The notes under the pieces: model-generated
Databases searched by the model: none
Seen by the model: only the letters and a program-made list of their open reading frames with translations
What the model was told of the DNA's origin: nothing
Position numbers and translations under genes: made by a program
Part shown: piece by piece, positions 46,101-55,593 of the stretch
Position numbering within the stretch: the first letter of the stretch is position 1
Layout: every line of letters begins with the position of its first letter
NCBI GenBank assembly: GCA_004764695.1
Contig: SMSO01000034.1
Coordinates: 3,658,001-3,722,000 of the forward strand
Direction of reading: 5' to 3'
DNA: 64,000 nucleotides
From: Schizochytrium sp. TIO01
Taxonomy: Eukaryota; Protista; Bigyra: Labyrinthulomycetes

Positions 46101-48714
46101 CTCCTTGGAGGCTATGGATATTGATGCAGAGGAGGATCTAGTTGGGGATGTGCACGCTTTGAAGGAACGTACGATTCAGCTTGAGGGTGAACTCGCTGAA
46201 AGCTCCTTACGACTCGAACAATACAAAGCCACCACAGATGGTGAAGGCGAAAAGCACAAAACCTTCATGGAACGCGAGCGCAAGCTCGCAGAAGGATTTA
46301 AGATGGAAGCATCTATCTTACGTGATCAGCTGCAAGAGAGCAAACGAGAAATGGTCAACCTTGCTTTTGAGTATGAAACAAAGATCATGTTGCATGAATC
46401 TGCACCAGCTTTAGAGGAGATGGGAAATCCGGCAGAGCTGCGTATGCGAATGCTTGAACAAGCAAAAGAAATTAACGAACTTCACGCTAAACTTGCTCAG
46501 TTGCAAGAGGAGTTAAGCGCTGCTGAAACGTCCAATGCAAAACTTGAAGCGCGTCTGTCTTCAGGTGAATTCGAGACCCCAATGCTGTCACAACCTCCCC
46601 TGGTTTCACATCCACAAGGGCGCGATGGATGGCCTGAACAAGTTGGAAACAACTTCAATGCAGAAGACAATCTTGAGAACTCTCAAAATTCTGAGCACTA
46701 TCAAAAGGACCGTTCAGAACCACCTTTAATCAGCAAAGAGCTAGAAAAGTTGTCAGAGCAAACTGCATATATTTTGCTTGAGCAAAAGGATGCTCAAATA
46801 AAGCGGTTGCGCGCGGAGGCAGACATTCTTACTCGCAGGCTTTCAGACGCTGCACGTGCAAATAAATCTCTGAGCGCCGCGAATGCGAATGTTGTCTCTA
46901 CTTTGCAAAAATTCCAAAGACACCTGGAGAAACGTGGACCAAGTGCCGCGGCAAGTGCAGATGGGATTGCTGAGAAACTGCAGTCTTTTTTGTCTTTATT
47001 GCAAGGGACAGAGCTTGAAGAGGCTGTTAAAAGGTTTAACACGGTACTCGATCGTTATGATCGCGAGAGAGAGCAGCAGCGAGCTACCGAGCAAAAAGAG
47101 CTTCTCCGACTTCGCGAAGAGGCTCATGAACTTCGTGCTCGCATGGCTGAAGACGAGGCAGTGCGGCATGAACAGCTTCGCGCAATTGCATCTTCGCAAT
47201 CATTGTCAGAAGCTGAAGTCAATTCAATGCGCTCTCGCCTTGAGATGATCCAAAAAGAGCGTGATGAAATGCATGCGAACCTCGTCAAGGTTGAAGATAA
47301 GTTGCGTAGACAAATGGTTCAGATTGAAACTCTAGAATCCCTTGAAAGTGAGCTCTTTACTCTCCGTGAGCGTGAAGTCCAGCTCATTTCTGAGAAGGAC
47401 GAAGCAGTGCGATCCGCACGCGAGGAACTTGAGACTAAAACAGCTATTTTGAAAGAGCAAGTAGAGTCGTTAGAATCTGGTAAAGCGATAGGAGATGCTC
47501 GCGCAGAAGAACGCCGCCGCTTACAAGGTCGAATGAAGGCTCTCGAAAAGCGAGCTGGTGAATACAAAGCCACTGCAGAGCGGTTCAAAGACCAGCTCGC
47601 GGCGCTTCGTGGGACATGGGCAAGCCCAGAAATTGTTGGGAAGCTGCGATCTGACCTGTCCCAGTCACGTGCAGAGGTACGAAAGTATCGCTCAGATGCT
47701 GCACGTAAACGCACCATGCTTCAAGCTGCAACTGAAAAAGCAACAGAAGAAAAGGGAGCAGAAGATGATTTGCGCAAACGAGCAAGCCAGCTTGAGGCCC
47801 AAGCTCGAGCAGCTCAAGCGGAAGCGCGGAACAAAGAAAATTTAATCCAGGCTTCGAAGCAAAGCTCTGAAAAGGCTAAACTAGAATTATTAGAAGCACA
47901 ACAAGAATTGGAATCGTTACGTGAGAAAGTCAAGAACCTTACCCGCGAACGGACAGCTCTGCGAAGTCGCATTGATGCCTTGAAGCAAGATCAAAAACAG
48001 CACCACACTACCGGGCACGCTGCCTTGCAAGGGAACATTTCGGACGCTCAAAATGCAGCCCAAATGGTGGTTGCACGAGATACAGAGAAAGAGCTCAGCA
48101 ATAAGGTGGATCGCTGGAAGCGGCGTGCTACATCTGCAGAGAATCAGCTAGAAAACGCGAGGACTAAGCTACTCTCTCTTGAAACCAAGTCTGCTGAGAC
48201 AGACCAAGAGCTAAACACTGTAAAAGAAGCAGTGACAACTTTAAAGCAAAAGATTCGCACCTCAGAACGCGAACTTCAACAAGCGAATTCCCAGATCAAA
48301 GAAATGGAAGGTTTGGCAGAAGCTAACCACAATGAGACAATCGAACTTGAGCGTGCTCTACATGCAACGTTGCTCAAGGTTTCTGATGAAGCAATTGAAG
48401 TCCGCCGTAAGTGCTATGATGTCAAGCTCTCGAGTGGTCATGGATACGGGAGCCAAACTGAGCAGTCAGATGCTGATGCTGTAGCTAAAATGCTTGAACT
48501 CTCACCAGAAGATCTACGAGACCTTTTTGGTGCAGAGGCTCGATGCAATGACCCGTCATATTCTGCTGCTTTAAAATCTCTTCAAGTAGCTGTGGAGAGA
48601 CACAAAGCATTTGTCAACCAGATATTTCAAACCCGTGGTAGTTTACCAAGCCGTCTTTCATCCAGTGAATTGCGCAGGATTGTAGATTCGACCTGTGCTC
48701 TGTGGCGGACTTAA
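43150..48714 (+). CDS. Very long coiled-coil protein, centlein-like (centriole/basal-body associated)
   Basis: About 1850 aa of E/Q/R/L-rich heptads from ATG 43150. The N-terminal LLDEERVKFERRSQKVLAILAKKDDRIKELE and C-terminal AKMLELSPEDLRDLF resemble the conserved terminal segments of centlein as I recall them. Confidence 0.6.
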   Translation: MSSGASRVRREPSVPARLLDEERVKFERRSQKVLAILAKKDDRIKELEKDIQEHPLRKKLEEAQSREKELLDKAMDQGEQIEVLVAELAKLRESQAQAQNSSKEEYVAHQTQRTENAKLQVALETSEKHREDLRTKLRNTNSGADEARARLAELESEKAVLSDLLETAKRTALEDEAELRKARAQIKSLQTDASREHPSDQRARQLELQVRQMAEELNELRKENSALKVSLSKFSTAAVQNPSGNESSTQPSNSGFGKGSSPQGKQSTIDPTHEASMRQLEALVLQQSEEIVDLRSQLVRAGARERESKESSDFERRSLLNKVRTLEQQLRVASENGVIHRKNLEATVRVLSGKSDLHRKYAEQADAAAQLAMVKVESEGRIIALESELAHMREEINHVRDALRRSDRDLHGFRTSAVYADVPATSHTIILQRLAKQLDEHKVKLAELSVSASTYDQYDNKGRSSQARHDVQSEGHDRVSMAAQLIALPDEDSLPMSQTQQERVFAQLRLRIHGLQVQLEDRNEEIASLEQRLTDQVTAQQTLEEELEAKALEAEKQHAEQLSVMNRRIVSHVREKHILVEEKAELSNSLESSRATQRVAEERLALLRSEHLERCKALQRHVEELEIELEGARGKQRVAEICYEQDKARLGFLEETLAVLQDQNQGIDPQDTQACREQMFADLTDKANRAESQVTTQQRTIGKLEDDLRQLRLERSTLAANLERAQHEVDEAEAQRQEEAQSAQEARKRHTDVQRQLEEAKQYQVRIELQHVDESSSREAAIVERDVLAGKLTDLGLTYTKELQDEHRATQEILAALQSDMEAIMTDIGHTPVASILRQILDHVRSAREKNGNSDHGDVRALERMADAILQSEQARFAVEAKLKSAEWAGETLSSRVQRMAKVISELRAREAKEDASIRGLERRAEVETSIRQLQHERRLKLESDRAAFVEKLLVRASAQLRAQACRSRTLERLARSHGIEIEGSLEAMDIDAEEDLVGDVHALKERTIQLEGELAESSLRLEQYKATTDGEGEKHKTFMERERKLAEGFKMEASILRDQLQESKREMVNLAFEYETKIMLHESAPALEEMGNPAELRMRMLEQAKEINELHAKLAQLQEELSAAETSNAKLEARLSSGEFETPMLSQPPLVSHPQGRDGWPEQVGNNFNAEDNLENSQNSEHYQKDRSEPPLISKELEKLSEQTAYILLEQKDAQIKRLRAEADILTRRLSDAARANKSLSAANANVVSTLQKFQRHLEKRGPSAAASADGIAEKLQSFLSLLQGTELEEAVKRFNTVLDRYDREREQQRATEQKELLRLREEAHELRARMAEDEAVRHEQLRAIASSQSLSEAEVNSMRSRLEMIQKERDEMHANLVKVEDKLRRQMVQIETLESLESELFTLREREVQLISEKDEAVRSAREELETKTAILKEQVESLESGKAIGDARAEERRRLQGRMKALEKRAGEYKATAERFKDQLAALRGTWASPEIVGKLRSDLSQSRAEVRKYRSDAARKRTMLQAATEKATEEKGAEDDLRKRASQLEAQARAAQAEARNKENLIQASKQSSEKAKLELLEAQQELESLREKVKNLTRERTALRSRIDALKQDQKQHHTTGHAALQGNISDAQNAAQMVVARDTEKELSNKVDRWKRRATSAENQLENARTKLLSLETKSAETDQELNTVKEAVTTLKQKIRTSERELQQANSQIKEMEGLAEANHNETIELERALHATLLKVSDEAIEVRRKCYDVKLSSGHGYGSQTEQSDADAVAKMLELSPEDLRDLFGAEARCNDPSYSAALKSLQVAVERHKAFVNQIFQTRGSLPSRLSSSELRRIVDSTCALWRT

Positions 48715-49260
48715 AACTTTCCCCGCAAAATCGTTCATGCAAGCTTCACTAGTTTCTTGTGGGTGCACAACACTATGTTACCTTATCTTTCTTTATCTGG
48801 ATTACGAGTGTGTGATGTAAATGATCTTGTCTTTATGTTTACTCCTCATCGTTGCTATTCATAACTAAAGAATGAATTGGTTATACAACCTTGGGCATAG
48901 CCAGTCTACTAAATTAAAATGCCTTTCCAACTTAATTTCTCACTTCGAGGAAGTGTTATTTATCAATAAGAAGAAGAATTTTCGAAAGGGTTTGTTGAAA
49001 AAGTGGTATTTAAGTTGTTGGTGCAGTTCATGTTCCTCACTGTTCGAAATGATACCTACAATCAATTCTGTTAACTACATAAGTCCTTATTCCACAATTA
49101 ATATTTGTTTCCCTTCACATTCGTTAGTCCACTCCTAACATGTACAGTAAGAGTCTGCAAGCTATGTACATTCGAGTCATCATATGCATCGTAGTAGTAA
49201 TATGGTCAGAAAGACTCGTGTAGCCTGACCAAAGGATAAACGACTCCAAAGTCTTTAGTG

Positions 49261-50766
49261 ATGTCCCGGGGAGCTACAATATCAGACTCGGAGTGGGCAC
49301 CCGAAGTGCCTTCTTCGCAGTCTCCGATTCCCTCGCTGCCTGCGCCATCTGAGACGTTGGAAGTAGATATGGCGAAGGATTCCTCAAATAAAGCTCCAAG
49401 CCAAGATCAGGAGGCTTTGCTTGCTGATAACTTGAACCACGCTTCAGGAGTTCGTGAAGTTTCTCAGAATCAATCAGCATTTCATCGCTTAGCTGAGACA
49501 CGCGAGCCGGCCTCTGCGAACAGACTTTCGAGAACCTCATCGTTCGGGGAGAACGAATCACACTTCTTGGAAATTGGAGATAACCAAAGTGAGAACGATG
49601 ATGAAGATAACTTCATTGCAACGTCTCGAAGAGGATCACTCCGCCAGAGAATTTTGGCAAGATGGTGTGGATTTCGAGCTCGCGCTCAAAGTTTTGAGCC
49701 AATTGCTTCTTCTCATGATGGAAGAGAAAACCTCCCAAACAATGTGCAACTAAACTCGCTGCAATTACAGTGCGGAAAGCGGCTGACATGTGGACTCTGC
49801 GAATGCATCGAGTGTGTCGTGATTTTCTCGTTGCTGTTATTGGTAACAACAATGGCTCTTGTGATTCGTCAGAACGTCTGTTGGACCTCAGAGGATGAAC
49901 TCCAGCTTTACCTTGATTTAGAAAGAGAAAATGGTCCACTAGACCTCTTCGGAACTGGCGGGGTTTCTCCTCCAGTCCCTTTGATGCATGCGCATTCACA
50001 TAACGACTATCAACAGTCGGTACCCGTGAGATTGGCGCTTGCAGCTGGGTTTTGTAGCATAGAAGCTGATGTCTTCCTTCGAGATAATATGTTGCTTACT
50101 GGGCATGTTCAACCCAGCGACAATGATCTCAAAGATCAATATCTGAGACCACTCATCCAGCTTGCTAAACGCGATGAGGCGAGGCCTGGACCCATAAACC
50201 CACTTTCTGAGAGACTCGGCCTCTGTACGCAACAGACTTTAATGATTGACATGAAGAGTTCCTCATACGATACATGGGCAACCTTGGAAACAATTTTAGA
50301 CGAAATGAATACAGAGGCAGGTTTCCAGGTTTTTGAGTGTTATGATAACCAAGGCGAACCACTCAAAGAGCCGCAGGTCAGGCGAACAGGGCTTTCGCCA
50401 GTGCAAGTAGTCATGTCGGGCATTGCCCCAAGCGAAATACCAATTTTGGCTAACAAATTATTGAGTAAAGGAAAACATTGCACACGTATAGACGGGCGTT
50501 ATGATGCTTCTAGCCCTGCCCCGACGGACCCATCAGTAATTCGCACTCTTGGAATGATGTCAGCATCATGGCATGCTAGCTATGCTGGAAACCTAACTGA
50601 AGCTGTAGAGCAAATTCATGCAGTAGCACCTCGAGCAAAAATTAGGTTCTGGGACACCCCGGAAAATACCGTAACATGGAGGCTGTTACTTGACGCTGGC
50701 GTGGATTTGATTAGCACGGATCGTATTTCTGGTCTCAAGGCTTTTCTGCTAGGCGAAACCATGTAA
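49261..50766 (+). CDS. AIM6-like PLC-like phosphodiesterase (TIM barrel) with an N-terminal membrane anchor
   Basis: HAHSHNDY, ALAAGFCSIEADVFL, LKDQYLRPL, LMIDMKS, and IRFWDTP...WRLLLDAGVDLISTD. TM segment VVIFSLLLLVTTMALVI. Confidence 0.85.
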   Translation: MSRGATISDSEWAPEVPSSQSPIPSLPAPSETLEVDMAKDSSNKAPSQDQEALLADNLNHASGVREVSQNQSAFHRLAETREPASANRLSRTSSFGENESHFLEIGDNQSENDDEDNFIATSRRGSLRQRILARWCGFRARAQSFEPIASSHDGRENLPNNVQLNSLQLQCGKRLTCGLCECIECVVIFSLLLLVTTMALVIRQNVCWTSEDELQLYLDLERENGPLDLFGTGGVSPPVPLMHAHSHNDYQQSVPVRLALAAGFCSIEADVFLRDNMLLTGHVQPSDNDLKDQYLRPLIQLAKRDEARPGPINPLSERLGLCTQQTLMIDMKSSSYDTWATLETILDEMNTEAGFQVFECYDNQGEPLKEPQVRRTGLSPVQVVMSGIAPSEIPILANKLLSKGKHCTRIDGRYDASSPAPTDPSVIRTLGMMSASWHASYAGNLTEAVEQIHAVAPRAKIRFWDTPENTVTWRLLLDAGVDLISTDRISGLKAFLLGETM

Positions 50767-51762
50767 GTGTACTTTACTTGACCTTTAGAGTGATTTTTAT
50801 TGTAAAAGAACCTAGTTTCCATTCATCTGTCACTTTAACTTCTTGTGAAACGATGAAATGTCCTTCCCATTTTCTGATTATGAGCTCAATCATCATGTTG
50901 TGTACACCCTAAGTTACGAAGATTGATGCAGAGAAATCAATCCCTATCTGAATATGTATAACATTCACTTCGATAAGGATACTGTTGATCTTTCAGCAAA
51001 TTTGTTTCTCTTTTTTTTTAACCTCAGTTTTAGTAACCTGTATTCATGAGCTGGTTAATTGAAAATGAAAATTCAAAGCCTTCCCTACTACTATGTTGCG
51101 CTTCTATTCAGTACATCCATAATTGATAGCCAGCATTGCTGTCCACGTGTCTGAACTCCTGTTTGAAGTTACCTGAGCCACCACCACTCAATCACACCTA
51201 TTCTCGAGTGGTAGCGAAAATGGCAAAGAGAATAAGAAAGTACCTAGGCTTAGTACATAACCTTTAAATTAAAAAATGTTTTTAATTATATCATCTTTTA
51301 CATTAAAAATAAAGGAAGAATATCAATCTCGTTGGCCCAGTCAGAAAATTAACTCGCATTCGTATTATATCAAGAAAAGCAGTACGTATACTTACCTGGT
51401 AGAAACGACTTTTGCTGTTTTCACTTGTGTTTAGGACAGCATTAAAGTTATGCACTGATATATAGTAAACAAGATATATGTTTCATCCAACAAATAAGCA
51501 AACAAAATAAGGAGTAGGTGTGATTTTACCAAATACCTTAATAGTGGCTAGGCCTACACGATCAGGTTTCTTAAGCACTTCAGACACCTAATCGATCAAA
51601 ATCACCAAGATTTGTCTGGTTCGAGGTGATAGCGTACCGCGCGCTTCACTGAGAATAGGGTTAGACAACGGTGAGAGAAAAAGGACTGCCAGGTGGTAGA
51701 ACCCAGGCAAGCTTACTTCTGCTCCTTTGCTAGCGCAAGTTAACAGATCAGATTGAAGAACG

Positions 51763-53379
51763 ATGACAACAATGTGGGCTAAAGTAGCGAGTCCGCAGCT
51801 GTCAAGAGATTCAATAGATTCTGAAGATGACGGAGCATACGATACGAATAAAAACATGACCAAAAGGAAATTTTCGCACCCGGTTATGGATGCTAAGTCG
51901 CGGATTTTTATTCTGCTGTGTGCATCGCTTATCCCGTTTGGTGCGCATTACATGAAACATTCCTTAGGACCTATCAAAGTTTACTTTGTCGGCACAGATG
52001 GTGGGGGCGAAGGAGTCTTTACACATTCGCAGTTTGGTGCTTTTCTCGCTGCGACAAGCTGGCCAAATATCGTGTTTCCATTTCTTACTGGAATGTTGGT
52101 CGACGAGAAGGGCCATGAGTTTAGTTCCATCCTTTTCACTTCGGTTGCCTTGATAGGTCATATCATTTTTGCCACATTTTTGATGCCCAACCTTGTAAGC
52201 TTCCCGTTTGCATTGCTAGGACGAGTGATTTATGGTTTCGGTGAAGGTGGTACTGGCATTGTGCAGGGTGCTATTGTAGGAACCTGGTTTGAAGGAGATA
52301 CTCTAGCCTTTTCTATTGGATTCACTGAGTCAATTCACTACTTAGCCAACTGGGTAGGCAAGGCTCTTCCCGCAGAGCTTGCCCAAATCGAAGGTGGATT
52401 TCGCGGCGCAGTATGGCTCGGCACTGTGTCTCTCTTTATTAGTGTTTTAGTTGCAATCATTTATTACATGTACTCAAAAACTGGGAAGCCCTTTCGTTTC
52501 GCACTAGGGAAGCACGACACGGAAGAGCGTCAGAGATTGTTTAGCCAAGATCGACGTAGTGAATCAGGATCGGATTCCCAACTGACTGGTGGTATGACCT
52601 CTCCCCAACTTCAACCTCGCAGTCGTGCGGCATCTGGTGTTTCGTACTACGGCGCGATGCTGCTGCCCGGTGTTGATGAGGAAGAAGCGGATGAAGCCCA
52701 AGATGATACCGAGAGACATCATGTGCATCACCAGAAGGAAGAGCGTCATGCGCATTATTATTTGCAGCTGCATATCAGCCGTGTACAACTTTTACCACTT
52801 TCATTTTGGATTGTTGGATTAATGCACATGGTTTTTAGTAACTTGCACAATTTATTTGGAGGTATCTCAGCGGACTTTATCCGTGCTGCAACGCAAATGA
52901 CTCCAGTGCAAGCTGGATTTGTTGCAAGCTTAGATTCTCTGCTACCAGTGTTTCTGGCACCTCTGGTCGGCATTTTTGTTGATACTTATGGTGGTCGTTT
53001 GTGGATTTGTATGGTTGCATCCATCACCTCAGTTATGGCTTTTGCCGTGTTCACAAATGACTCTGTGACCCCGGAATGGGCTGTCTTTGCAATGATTCTT
53101 CTTTCCGTAGGAACCTCAACCACACCAACACTTGTCAAAAGTGCAGTGCCAGTCATTGTGCCTACAGAGTCTCTTGGTACCGCTTTCGGTATTTATTCCG
53201 TGTTTGAGAGCTTAGGTGGGGGTGTCGGTCATGTTCTTTTCGGCTATATTCGCGACATTTCATCATCATACGCTGATGATCTTCGGGCCTTGATGTGTCT
53301 GGCCCTATTTTCCTTCCTTCTAAATGCTGCGGCCTTAGTTCGTGCCCCTGAGTTGAACGCCGCATCCTTTCGCAAGTAA
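51763..53379 (+). CDS. Major facilitator superfamily transporter, MFSD1-like
   Basis: About 12 hydrophobic helices in two groups of six around a central loop. Motifs SWPNIVFPFLTGMLVDEKG, LLGRVIYGFGE, WFEGDTLAFSIG, APLVGIFVDTYG and VPTESLGTAFG. Confidence 0.88.
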   Translation: MTTMWAKVASPQLSRDSIDSEDDGAYDTNKNMTKRKFSHPVMDAKSRIFILLCASLIPFGAHYMKHSLGPIKVYFVGTDGGGEGVFTHSQFGAFLAATSWPNIVFPFLTGMLVDEKGHEFSSILFTSVALIGHIIFATFLMPNLVSFPFALLGRVIYGFGEGGTGIVQGAIVGTWFEGDTLAFSIGFTESIHYLANWVGKALPAELAQIEGGFRGAVWLGTVSLFISVLVAIIYYMYSKTGKPFRFALGKHDTEERQRLFSQDRRSESGSDSQLTGGMTSPQLQPRSRAASGVSYYGAMLLPGVDEEEADEAQDDTERHHVHHQKEERHAHYYLQLHISRVQLLPLSFWIVGLMHMVFSNLHNLFGGISADFIRAATQMTPVQAGFVASLDSLLPVFLAPLVGIFVDTYGGRLWICMVASITSVMAFAVFTNDSVTPEWAVFAMILLSVGTSTTPTLVKSAVPVIVPTESLGTAFGIYSVFESLGGGVGHVLFGYIRDISSSYADDLRALMCLALFSFLLNAAALVRAPELNAASFRK

Positions 53380-53425
53380 GGTGAAGAGCTTTCCATTTGA
53401 TTGCTGCTCCACCTGTATAACGTTG

Positions 53426-54682
53426 TTAATGAAAGGCTGTCCATGAAAGCCAGCGCTTTGTATCACCTTGCGAATGATCATGGCAAGACTTATTTGTCTC
53501 CAGAGTCCTTGGTGCATAGCGGAAACTTAAAACATGCTTCACCGATAGCACTGGTCGGTCAGCAAGCTTACTAAGTCTTCGTAGCTCTGCAGTTACACTA
53601 GCATTCCAGTGGGCAAAGCATCGTGACCATTGTCTTTCCGAGAGAAGCTTCATCGCCTCTGGGTCTTGGAAAAGTCCCTTAAAGTTGTCGCGAATGATAA
53701 TTCCTTCACTTGTTCTTTCCAGCTGACGTCCAAGCAACTGCTGAAAGGTCGAAAACTCACTTGCTGTAGGCGAGTCTTCCAAAAATTTGTCTAAACCATT
53801 TCTATGCCTGTATTCGACTGCTTGAGATACTGCTGCCGCAGCGCGTAGGACGTTATAATTGTATTTCTTGAGGGCAAGCACTAAGTGCCCATCGTCTACA
53901 TTGGCAAAATAGCCGTCCTTATTTTGTTGAAGATTGTCTAAATCTGCATCTACGCGGATTCGAAGTTCACTCAACTGAGCAAGCTCCTTTTTATTGAGAG
54001 TTGTAACAAGATGCAAAACAACGTCCGTACTCACCAGAAAACAGATTTGCTCACCAGGCTGGCAGTTTGGAGCAAGGTTACCGTTGCAGAATAGACCGTG
54101 TCGAGACGCTCTTAATTTTCCCAAACCTACTAATGATATGCCAAACAGAAAACAAGCACCTCTCAGCAAAATTTCCCCATCAGCATTGAGCTTTAGCGCC
54201 GAGCTTAAGACTTCATACACAACTAAGGCAACAACAAGCCCGAATTCGGCTGCAGGACTTCTCTGACCTCGGAACTTTGTGTCGTCTGCCTCACAATTAA
54301 TTGTATCTAGGTTCTGCTTCAAATCACTGATCTGATTCTGTGATGTAACAACCTGGCGCTGTAGGTTGTATAATTCTGTAGACAATTTCTCCACTTTGTT
54401 TAAGAGATGTAAATGAGACTGCTCATAATTTTGCCATTCCACGCCGCTTCGAGGACTTTGCAAGTTGTTGAAAATATCCTCTCGGGCATGGTACGCAGGT
54501 GGATCTGAGGTCGCCTTCCGTCGAGTACCTCCAAGAGTAAAGATTGTAGGTAACTCAAGGTCTTGAATTCTTGATCCACGGGGACTTTTGGGCGTTGCTA
54601 TAGTGGACCCTGGAGCGTCGCCAGCGTCAAAGCTCTTGCTCTCCTCACGTTTTCCGGTATCTCGAGTTAAGAGCTTGCGCAT
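53426..54682 (-). CDS. Uncharacterised protein with a coiled coil, two hydrophobic segments and a possible degenerate CRAL-TRIO/Sec14-like C-terminal region
   Basis: 418-aa ATG-initiated ORF. DDGHLVLALKKYNYNVLRAAAAVSQAVEYRHRNGLD resembles the CRAL-TRIO N-terminal module. The C-terminus may be affected by a frame break. Confidence 0.6.
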   Translation of the reverse strand: MRKLLTRDTGKREESKSFDAGDAPGSTIATPKSPRGSRIQDLELPTIFTLGGTRRKATSDPPAYHAREDIFNNLQSPRSGVEWQNYEQSHLHLLNKVEKLSTELYNLQRQVVTSQNQISDLKQNLDTINCEADDTKFRGQRSPAAEFGLVVALVVYEVLSSALKLNADGEILLRGACFLFGISLVGLGKLRASRHGLFCNGNLAPNCQPGEQICFLVSTDVVLHLVTTLNKKELAQLSELRIRVDADLDNLQQNKDGYFANVDDGHLVLALKKYNYNVLRAAAAVSQAVEYRHRNGLDKFLEDSPTASEFSTFQQLLGRQLERTSEGIIIRDNFKGLFQDPEAMKLLSERQWSRCFAHWNASVTAELRRLSKLADRPVLSVKHVLSFRYAPRTLETNKSCHDHSQGDTKRWLSWTAFH

Positions 54683-55593
54683 GATGGACTATATATGATG
54701 GATTCTCCAGTCGCGTGCCTCACCTTGTTGCAGAAGGAACAATGATTTCTGAAAAGGCCTCCACACTCCTCCCTTAGAATTGTGGATCTACCACGTACTT
54801 TGTCGTTTGCTTTAATGCTCTCGGTTCAACACCCCATGTAGCTATCACTTCAGCGCATGGAAGAATGGAGAGCACTCCAGAAAACTTTAAAATAATGAGG
54901 CATCCATCAATTGCACCTAATTTGTTATGTTTTTGTGTGTTTTTCGAATAACATATAACCTAATAGTGTCTTATTCACTGACTCTTGCTTCTGAAAATGG
55001 ACTATGCAGCGACGTCACGATGATAGCACCAATGCGCAAAAGTCTTACAACGAGTGCTTCTCCACTCCCAGGGCTGCTGGTTCTCGCGTGGACTTGGGTT
55101 CTCATTAGAACGTCTGAACGGACCATTGTGCACTGTTTCTTTCTCCTAGTATTAATTAAACCTTTTCTATAGGGTTGCATTCAAAGCCCAAAAGCGCATG
55201 TATCATACCTTCCAAGTCGCCGCGCATGTCGTAACGGATAAATAAGTCATCACGCTCTCAGACAGACCTCTATAAGGATAAGACGCGAACCCGCTGCATT
55301 ACCATATATAGTAACGCCGCATGTTCGCGACTCGGACTGGAGGATTGCTACAACCCTCCTCCATACATGGTGCCTTTCTCTATTCTTTGAGCGTTCTTTT
55401 TTTTTCAAGGCTTTGGTAATTTTATTTTTTTTACATGGGAGATTAATAAAAGGAGTTCTACTTAAATAAACAAGACACATTTTTCTCATGATCTTATAAA
55501 TATGGAGTAGCGACGAAGGCTCACCGAATTGTATGGTACAAGCCCAGACAAGGTGATCCACAACTAGGAGCTCGCGAAAACGTTTTGTTAATA

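Noticed and set aside
51388-51560. U1 snRNA gene
   Set aside because: Only the first 12 nt match. I see no stem-loop I GATCACGAAG-like loop and no convincing stems or Sm site downstream.
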